Below are positions 7,633 through 13,314 of a stretch of DNA of 13,314 nucleotides, piece after piece. The translations under genes and the position numbers were made by a program. The notes under the pieces are model-generated. The model saw nothing but the letters and a program-made list of their open reading frames with translations, was not told the origin of the DNA and did not search any database. Numbering within the stretch: position 1 is the first letter of the stretch; each line of letters starts with the position of its first letter. This DNA comes from a bacterium (lineage in GTDB: Bacteria; Desulfobacterota; DSWW01), in assembly GCA_040756235.1 (NCBI GenBank), contig JBFLZG010000144.1, positions 1-13,314 of the forward strand. The letters run 5' to 3'.

Positions 7633-8082
7633 GTCACACCTCCTTTGTCTCGCCGAGTCCTCGCGTTCCGTCGCCGGCATCGAGAGAACCGAACGGCGCT
7701 TGGCCGGCGCCGTCACTTGCTGAGGCTTCCACCACGCCGCTTGGATGCGGATTTTCGCTGCCGCGGTTCGGGTCGTGCGCAAGGGGGTTCAGAGAATCGT
7801 TCGCCGTGGCGGGGAGGACCCGGAAAAGTGGAGCCAAGATGCCCCTGGGCGCAGCCCGAGGTGGCGTTGGAGGCAGTGCCAGGAGACCGTACGCGGGCGG
7901 AACCGGGGAACCGTTCGACCGTCGAATGGCCGGCGCGAAGAGTGAGACGGGGCAGAGGGCGCTTGCGGGGGAGCCGGAGATTGCCGCGCTCGGCCGGACC
8001 GATCAGCCCGGATCATCACCCCGGGGTCTGTCCAGAGGCAGAGTGAAACGGAACGCAGCCCCTTCTCCCCTCTGCCTGCCTT

Positions 8083-8111
8083 TTGACAAAAAACGGCAAA
8101 ACAGATAGACG
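8083..8111 (+). promoter_or_regulatory. Putative sigma70 promoter for the Isf-like/ALDC genes
   Basis: TTGACA (8083-8088), 17-nt spacer, TAGACG (8106-8111), about 50 nt upstream of ATG 8163. Confidence 0.5.
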
Positions 8112-8162
8112 GCGAAAGCGGTCGACCATGACGCCCGCCGGCGTTCATAAACAGGAGGGATC

Positions 8163-8903
8163 ATGATCCTCGACGACCTGAAGGTGAGAATCCTGGGGAT
8201 CGCAGGCACCCCGATCAAGGGCGGGAATTGCGAGTACATGCTCGAACAGGCGCTTCAGATCGTGGCGTCGCAAGGGCGAGCGACGACCGAGCTCGTGCAT
8301 CTTCAAGACTACCGCATCGAATACTGCACCGGCTGCGAAGCTTGCCTGCGCCGGGTGCACAAGGTGCAGAAAAAGGTCGGCTTCGATGTGGTCCCCGTTC
8401 CTGTGGAAGATTACAACTGCAGCATCAAGGATGACATGGAGATCCTTCACAGGAAAATGCTGGAGGCGGACGGCATCCTGCTCGCCGCACCGGTCTATAT
8501 CGCCACCATTCCGGGGCAGATGAAGACCTTCATCGATCGGTGCCGGACCTTCGTGCACGACTTCAGGCTTCGCGGCAAGGTGGCAGCTCCTCTGACCGTC
8601 GCCTTCTTCCGCAACGCCGGGGAGGACACGGCACTTCAGATGATGTCCCTTTCTCTTCTCGCCCTGGGCCTGCATCTCGTCAGCTTTGGCGCCGCGGCGG
8701 TCTCCACGAAGGAGGGACTTGGCATACCGATCCGGGAGACCCGATTTGCCGTCAAGGAAGACCTGGTCGGGATGACCCTCATGCGAATGGCCGCCGGTCA
8801 GGTGGCCCAAGCCGCCTTGCAGATGAAGGCCGGAAGGCTGGCCCTGGAGGCGGCCGGAGCGAGCGTGAGCTCCGGTGGCTGGGGGCCTGTTCGGGGCGCT
8901 TGA
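8163..8903 (+). CDS. Iron-sulfur flavoprotein / NADPH-dependent FMN reductase family (flavodoxin fold), 246 aa
   Basis: LGIAGTPIKGGN FMN loop, CTGCEAC...C cluster motif, DDM, ADGILLAAPVY, QMKTFIDR and LRGKV. RBS AGGAGG. Confidence 0.88.
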   Translation: MILDDLKVRILGIAGTPIKGGNCEYMLEQALQIVASQGRATTELVHLQDYRIEYCTGCEACLRRVHKVQKKVGFDVVPVPVEDYNCSIKDDMEILHRKMLEADGILLAAPVYIATIPGQMKTFIDRCRTFVHDFRLRGKVAAPLTVAFFRNAGEDTALQMMSLSLLALGLHLVSFGAAAVSTKEGLGIPIRETRFAVKEDLVGMTLMRMAAGQVAQAALQMKAGRLALEAAGASVSSGGWGPVRGA

Positions 8904-8921
8904 CTCACAGGACCTGGTATC

Positions 8922-9677
8922 TTGAAAAGCCGCCTGATCCTGCCGCTTGTTGCCTGGGTGCTGACGACGCCCGTGGTCGACATCGCCGCGCCCTCGGACG
9001 CCGCGTCCCGGGACCTGATTTACCAGATTTCCACTTACGACAGTCTGAGCAAGGGTGGTTACGCCGGGATCGTTCCCCTCCAGGATCTCGCCGAGAACGG
9101 CGATTTCGGCATCGGAACTTTCGAAAACATCGACGGCGAAATGGTGATGGTCGACGGGGTCATCTATCAAGTCACCGTGGACGGCGCTGTCCACGCCAAG
9201 AAGGGGCCGGACCTGGCCCGGGAATGGACCCCCTATGCCGTGGTGACCCGCTTCGAGCCCGACCTCGAGGAAGCATTGAAAGCAATCGACGATTACGCAG
9301 GATTGCAGAGGGCAATCGACGCGAAATTGACGCAGCTCGAGGAGTTCTATGCGATCCGGGTGGACGGAGTTTTTGAGCACGTCAAGACCCGCAGCGTTCC
9401 GGCTCAAACCAGACCGTATCCCGTCCTGACCGAAGTCATCAAGCAGCAAGCCAGTTTCGAGTTGAGGAACGTGCGGGGGACCCTGGTCGGTTTCTGGTGC
9501 CCGGCCTATGTGGGCGGCGTAAACGTGGCCGGGTATCATCTGCACTTTGTGACCAGCGACAGGACCGCCGGCGGACACGTGCTGGAGCTGAAGCTGAAGG
9601 AAGGGGTCCTGAAGCTGGATCGTTCGGCGGAGCTGTACATGAAGGTCGGGGGCCGCGCCGGAGATCAAATGCGTTGA
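8922..9677 (+). CDS. budA: Alpha-acetolactate decarboxylase-family protein with N-terminal signal/hydrophobic leader, 251 aa
   Basis: IYQIST, GDFGIGTFENIDGEMV, TPYAVVT, KTRSVP, GTLVGF and Zn-binding GYHLHF...GGH motifs. The TTG start with upstream AGGA is less certain than the gene body. Confidence 0.85.
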   Translation: MKSRLILPLVAWVLTTPVVDIAAPSDAASRDLIYQISTYDSLSKGGYAGIVPLQDLAENGDFGIGTFENIDGEMVMVDGVIYQVTVDGAVHAKKGPDLAREWTPYAVVTRFEPDLEEALKAIDDYAGLQRAIDAKLTQLEEFYAIRVDGVFEHVKTRSVPAQTRPYPVLTEVIKQQASFELRNVRGTLVGFWCPAYVGGVNVAGYHLHFVTSDRTAGGHVLELKLKEGVLKLDRSAELYMKVGGRAGDQMR

Positions 9678-9704
9678 TGAATCGCGGGAACCCCTCTGCG
9701 CCGC

Positions 9705-9752
9705 GGGATCCCGGCTCGCGGCCGCCCGGGCGGCCTTGGCCGGGGATGACGG
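9705..9752. repeat. REP/RIME-like palindromic intergenic element
   Basis: GGGATCCCGGCTC...TTGGCCGGGGATGACGG surrounds a perfect 16-bp palindrome, GGCCGCCCGGGCGGCC (9720-9735). The minus strand reads CCGTCATCCCCGGCC...GAGCCGGGATCCC, resembling the GTCATCCCGGC...GCCGGGATC class of proteobacterial interspersed repeats. Only one copy is in this window. Confidence 0.5.
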
Positions 9753-9873
9753 CCTTCAGGTCCATTCCAGGATCCGCGGCACGCCCGCATGCCCTTCCGT
9801 GACGGCGGCAAGGCCCGGGTTCCGCCCCTCAGCGAGGCCCGGCCGCGCCCGGTCCTGCTTGCGAAAAAAATCA

Positions 9874-9944
9874 TTGACATGGGCATGCGGGGGTGATATT
9901 CATGCAGATGATGAATTGATAAAGACATAATGAATTACTAATAT
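9874..9944 (+). promoter_or_regulatory. AT-rich promoter region of the GntR operon (two candidate sigma70 promoters)
   Basis: TTGATA (9916-9921), N17, TAATAT (9939-9944). Upstream is TTGACA (9874-9879), N17, TATTCA (9897-9902) with an extended-10-like TG and a preceding A-tract. This is the most AT-rich stretch of the window. Confidence 0.6.
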
Positions 9945-9972
9945 TATTCAATATATTCAAGGTCTTATGTAT

Positions 9973-10704
9973 ATGGCAAACGTCAAGATCCCGGCCTATT
10001 GTCAAGTCGAGGCGGATCTTCGCAGAGGGATTCTGAGAGGTCAGTTCTCCCCCATGCAGAGACTTCCCACCGAGGAGGACCTGGCGCGGGAATTCCAGGT
10101 GAGCAAGATCACCATTCGAGCCGCGCTGGCCAACCTTGCGGCCGAAGGGCTGGTCATCAAGAAGCATGGGAAGGGAACGTTCGTCGCCAAGAACCCTATC
10201 AAGAAACAGGTCGTCTTCATCGGCGATGTCCAGAGCTTCGTGCAGCATGCGGAAAAGGAATTCAAGGTCAAGCTGCTGGCATTGGAAACGCGCCGGATTC
10301 GAGACACCCGGATGCCGCAGGAGCTGACGGACTTCTTCCAGCTCAAGAGCGAAGACAGGATCGGAGTCATACACCGGATTCGGCTCCTGAAAAGAACGCC
10401 CGTGATGCTGATCGAGAACTTCCTTCGTGCCGAATTGGCAGATCGCCTGACCCCGGATGACCTCGCAGTCGAACCCCTGCAAAGAGTGCTGAAGAAGAAG
10501 CTGGGGCTGGAATTTGCACGCAGCGAAACTTATCTGGAGAGCGTTTCTGGCGATCCCGACGTAGCGAAGATGTTGGGGGCCGACATCATTGCACCGCTCT
10601 TCCTCTACCACGGATACCTGTGGTTGCCCTCGGGAGAACCGTTTGAAGTGGCCAACATATTCATGCAGCCGGCTTACTTCAAGTACAAGCTCGGCACCAC
10701 ATGA
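9973..10704 (+). CDS. GntR-family transcriptional regulator, HutC subfamily (wHTH + UTRA), about 243 aa
   Basis: PAYCQV...RLPTEEDLAREFQVSKITIRAALANLAAEGLVIKKHGKGTFV is a GntR wHTH. The C-terminus is UTRA-like (RIRLLKRTPVMLIENFL; GEPFE). ATG 9973 is preferred over 9967 for its spacing from AAGGT. Confidence 0.92.
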   Translation: MANVKIPAYCQVEADLRRGILRGQFSPMQRLPTEEDLAREFQVSKITIRAALANLAAEGLVIKKHGKGTFVAKNPIKKQVVFIGDVQSFVQHAEKEFKVKLLALETRRIRDTRMPQELTDFFQLKSEDRIGVIHRIRLLKRTPVMLIENFLRAELADRLTPDDLAVEPLQRVLKKKLGLEFARSETYLESVSGDPDVAKMLGADIIAPLFLYHGYLWLPSGEPFEVANIFMQPAYFKYKLGTT

Positions 10705-10891
10705 CGCCTCGGGACGTTCGCACCGGTTCGCCGGGAGCGGAGCAGCTCAGGCACCCGGGCCTCGGGGAGGTTCCATGGCCTCCCCGGGGGCTGCGTGGGC
10801 GACAAGCATGCGGGCTGAGGGGGCTCGCATGCATGGACGGCAACGGCGGGTAAAGGATGTCCAAGAACAACCATCGATGGGGGAAAGCACG

Positions 10892-12205
10892 ATGAAAGCA
10901 AGGACGCTCGTCGCGATCTGCCTCGCGGCCGTGGTGCCGCTGGCAGCCACGGGGTACGGCGTTTCAGCGGATGACCTGGCGCCGGGTGAGGTGATCAACA
11001 AAGATAATTGGCAGAAGGTGGAAGGACTTCTCCCCGACCCGGTGCTCGAGTGGGTCAAGGAGGGCAAATTTCCATTGACCATCGGCAAGATCAACTACAA
11101 TCCTGCCGACGCCCTCCCGGACTACGCCCTGAAGGCCAGGGAAACCAATGACGGCCTGTACGACATTAATGAGAAGAACGAGCTCGTGAACAAGAAGACC
11201 GGCGAGCCGGCCCGCGAGCTCGTAGGGCACCCCTTTCCCACCATCGACCCCGCAGACCCCAAAGCCGCCACCAAGGTCATGTACAACGGCATGCTCTCGA
11301 GGCTGATTGCGGGCAATATCCGTATGCGGGGCATGGTCGCACACTACCTGGACAGCTCCAGCCAGGAGCGGGAGCTCGAGGCGCTGTTCAAGGTGGCCTC
11401 GCTGGTCGGGTACCCGGGGGCCAAGGACATTTCCAACCCCAACGACTACGAGCAGCTGAACATCATCCTGGTAACCCGGCCGTTCGATCTTGCCGGCACC
11501 GCGGTCATGATGCTGCGCTACTTCGGCAGCAAGCCGGATTCGAACTTTGCCTATGCTCCTGCGATCCGCAGGGTGCGGCGCATGAGCCCGGCCAACCGCT
11601 CGGACTCGCTCTTCGGCTCGGATTACAGCATGGACGATTCGGGCTACACGAGCTACGACGGGAAGATCCCGGCCTTTGACTTCAAGCTCCTCGCGAAGAC
11701 GGAGATTCTGACTCTGTACCTGGGGTCGGACCCCTACCCTGTGAACGAGAACGAGGACGGCGAATGGTGTGCAGAGACCAAGAGCACCCTGGTCACCTGG
11801 GGGTACAACCAGAAGGACCGCGACGGGCTGCTGTCGTGGGCGCCGCTGAACGTCATCGCGGTCAAGCGCCCGGTCTACCAGATCGAGTGCACCTCCAAGG
11901 ACCCCTTCTACAACTACGGGAAGCAGGTGGTCTGGATCGACGCCGACATGTACGTCGGCTGCTACAAGCAGATCCTCAACCGCGCCGGAGAGCAGTGGAA
12001 GATGCTGTTCAACGTCTGGACCATGGGCGAGAGCGCGGACAAGAAGTTCCGGACTCCGGTGTTTCCCTGCGGAGTCATGGTGGACCGACGTGCGGAGCAT
12101 GCCACCGTGTTCGAGTTCCTGAACCCGGGCTGTCCCTGGTGCCTGAACACCAAGGATGATCTGAACGACTACAGTCTCGGCGGCTTTCAGAAGTTCTGCA
12201 AATAG
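10892..12205 (+). CDS. DUF1329-family exported protein (LolA-like/lipoprotein-sorting-like fold), 437 aa
   Basis: Signal peptide MKARTLVAICLAAVVPLAATGYGVSA. Family-typical motifs VINKDNW, GHPFP, YAPAIRRVRRMSPANRSDSLFGSD, DPFYNYGK, WID and GEQWK. RBS GGGGGA before ATG 10892. Confidence 0.8.
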   Translation: MKARTLVAICLAAVVPLAATGYGVSADDLAPGEVINKDNWQKVEGLLPDPVLEWVKEGKFPLTIGKINYNPADALPDYALKARETNDGLYDINEKNELVNKKTGEPARELVGHPFPTIDPADPKAATKVMYNGMLSRLIAGNIRMRGMVAHYLDSSSQERELEALFKVASLVGYPGAKDISNPNDYEQLNIILVTRPFDLAGTAVMMLRYFGSKPDSNFAYAPAIRRVRRMSPANRSDSLFGSDYSMDDSGYTSYDGKIPAFDFKLLAKTEILTLYLGSDPYPVNENEDGEWCAETKSTLVTWGYNQKDRDGLLSWAPLNVIAVKRPVYQIECTSKDPFYNYGKQVVWIDADMYVGCYKQILNRAGEQWKMLFNVWTMGESADKKFRTPVFPCGVMVDRRAEHATVFEFLNPGCPWCLNTKDDLNDYSLGGFQKFCK

Positions 12206-12256
12206 AGGCTGTCCCAAGAACGCCCATCTGGTGAACGGACGCATGGAGGAAGCGGC

Positions 12257-13123
12257 ATGGGCGGGAAGAAGCTGCGCGAAATGATGGCGTTGAGAGAGCT
12301 GGTCGTGGCGCCGGGCGCTTTCAGCCCGCTGTCGGCGAAGCTCGTGCAAGAGACGGGGTTCAAAGCCGTTTACATGAGCGGGTACTGCACCTCGGCGTTC
12401 ATGTACGGATACCCGGACCTCGGCCTGGTCACGATGAGCGAGATGCTGGCCAATGTCCGGCTCATCGCGGAAGCCGTGGAGATCCCCCTCATCGCCGACG
12501 GTGACACAGGCTATGGCAATCCGATCAACGTGGCGCGGACCGTGCGGGAATACGAGAGGGCGGGCGCTGCCGCCCTGCACATCGAGGACCAGGTCTGGCC
12601 CAAGCGGTGCGGCCACATGAAGGGCAAGCAGGTCATCCCCGCAGGGGACATGGTGGGCAAGATCAAGGCGGCCGTGGACGCCAGGCGCTGCCGGGACCTG
12701 GTCGTCATCGCCCGCACGGACGCGATCGCAGCCGAAGGCCTGGAGTCCGCGATCGCGCGCTGTCACGCCTACGCCGAGGCCGGTGCGGACGTGATCTTTG
12801 CCGACGGCCAGGAAAACATGGAGCAGGTCCGGCGCGTACCCGAGGCATGCGGCGAGGTCCCGTGCATGCTGAACATGGGGCCGCTGACCCCTCCCCTGAG
12901 CGTTCCCGAGATCCGCCGGCTCGGCTATGCCATTGTGATTTTTCCGGCGGTCTGCTTCGCTCCGGCCATGCTCTCGATGCAGGAGTCGCTGCAGGAGCTG
13001 CGCGACTCCGGCCGGTCGCCCGCGCTGGAGGGGGAGAGCTTCATGCGGATTTTCGGCACTTTCAACAAGCTTTTGAGCACAGACCACTACCTGTCACTGG
13101 ATCAGAAGTACAGAGCCGGTTGA
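12257..13123 (+). CDS. Isocitrate lyase / PEP mutase superfamily enzyme (2-methylisocitrate lyase-, 2,3-dimethylmalate lyase- or CPEP-mutase-like), 288 aa
   Basis: APGAF, YMSG, GYPDLG, IADGDTGYG, HIEDQVWPKRCGH active-site loop, IARTDA and AGADVIF. RBS GGAGG. Confidence 0.92.
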   Translation: MGGKKLREMMALRELVVAPGAFSPLSAKLVQETGFKAVYMSGYCTSAFMYGYPDLGLVTMSEMLANVRLIAEAVEIPLIADGDTGYGNPINVARTVREYERAGAAALHIEDQVWPKRCGHMKGKQVIPAGDMVGKIKAAVDARRCRDLVVIARTDAIAAEGLESAIARCHAYAEAGADVIFADGQENMEQVRRVPEACGEVPCMLNMGPLTPPLSVPEIRRLGYAIVIFPAVCFAPAMLSMQESLQELRDSGRSPALEGESFMRIFGTFNKLLSTDHYLSLDQKYRAG

Positions 13124-13144
13124 ACCAACCGGGAGGGGGGAACG

Positions 13145-13314
13145 ATGGAAAAGAAAAGATGGGTGTTGGCGGGCGGTCTTTGCGTGTTCTTGCTCTTGGC
13201 ACTGGTGACGCAAGGAGAGGCTCTGTTCATCGACGACAAGAAGAGTCTGGAGATTTCGGCCAAGGTGCAGACCCGGGCCACGGTGCGTCTGCAGGAGAGC
13301 GACACCGAGGAGAA
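13145..13314 (+). CDS. Partial CDS (5' end, runs off the window): exported protein, probably DUF1302-family outer-membrane beta-barrel
   Basis: Not in the ORF track. RBS GGAGGGGG, then ATG 13145 reading MEKKRWVLAGGLCVFLLLALVTQGEA|LFIDDKKSLEISAKVQTRATVRLQESDTEE, i.e. a signal peptide followed by an alternating beta-strand pattern. The DUF1302 identity is inferred from its usual co-occurrence with DUF1329. Confidence 0.7.
   Translation, partial: MEKKRWVLAGGLCVFLLLALVTQGEALFIDDKKSLEISAKVQTRATVRLQESDTEE

Noticed and set aside
5971..8046. 691-aa + strand ORF
   Set aside because: It is the antisense shadow of the REC-TrxR gene, expected from GC-rich codon usage, and has no recognisable motifs.
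8094..8145. GGCAAA...GC-GAAA-GC...GACGC resembling a c-di-GMP-I riboswitch
   Set aside because: It lacks the GCAAA junction and the second stem, and it overlaps the likely promoter, so it would not be fully transcribed.
7634..8148. Small ORFs in the 530-nt intergenic region
   Set aside because: They have no convincing RBS or protein-like composition, and they overlap promoter elements.
8145..9668. 507-aa - strand ORF
   Set aside because: It is an antisense shadow of the in-frame Isf-like and ALDC genes.
8163..9677. The Isf-like and ALDC genes are in the same frame, separated by one TGA plus six sense codons (possible selenocysteine or readthrough fusion)
   Set aside because: The TGA is not at a conserved Cys position, there is no convincing SECIS hairpin, and the ALDC has its own signal-like leader. 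A shared frame has a 1-in-3 chance.
10964..13087. 707-aa - strand ORF spanning two genes
   Set aside because: It is an antisense shadow of the DUF1329 and lyase genes, which share a frame. It has no family motifs.
1..13314. CRISPR array, tRNA/rRNA, IS element, integrase or defence system
   Set aside because: I saw no regularly spaced repeats, cloverleaf or rRNA signatures, or transposase, recombinase or nuclease motifs.

Overview
GC-rich bacterial DNA. The gene content is most like an anaerobic or facultative deltaproteobacterium-type diderm, but that is inference only. There are 12 complete CDSs and one partial CDS. I see no rRNA, tRNA, CRISPR array or transposase. The left part (1-9.7 kb) is a loose set of redox and envelope genes: a stand-alone dihydrolipoamide dehydrogenase-family flavoprotein, an NmrA-family protein, an FprA-like MBL-fold protein, a secreted two-domain protein downstream of two translationally coupled 3-TM proteins that resemble each other, an orphan receiver-domain/TrxR-like fusion lacking both CxxC motifs, an iron-sulfur flavoprotein with an unusual CX2CX2CX24C motif, and an acetolactate decarboxylase homolog with a signal peptide. 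The right part (9.9-13.3 kb) follows a REP-like palindrome and an AT-rich promoter. It looks like the start of a catabolic/uptake operon: a HutC-type GntR regulator, a Cys-rich DUF1329 protein, an ICL/PEP-mutase-family enzyme and a partial exported protein (probably DUF1302). The best candidates for undescribed systems are this GntR-DUF1329-lyase-(DUF1302) operon, the 3-TM pair with its secreted neighbour, and the CxxC-less REC-TrxR fusion. All family calls come from motif recognition by eye; no searches were run.
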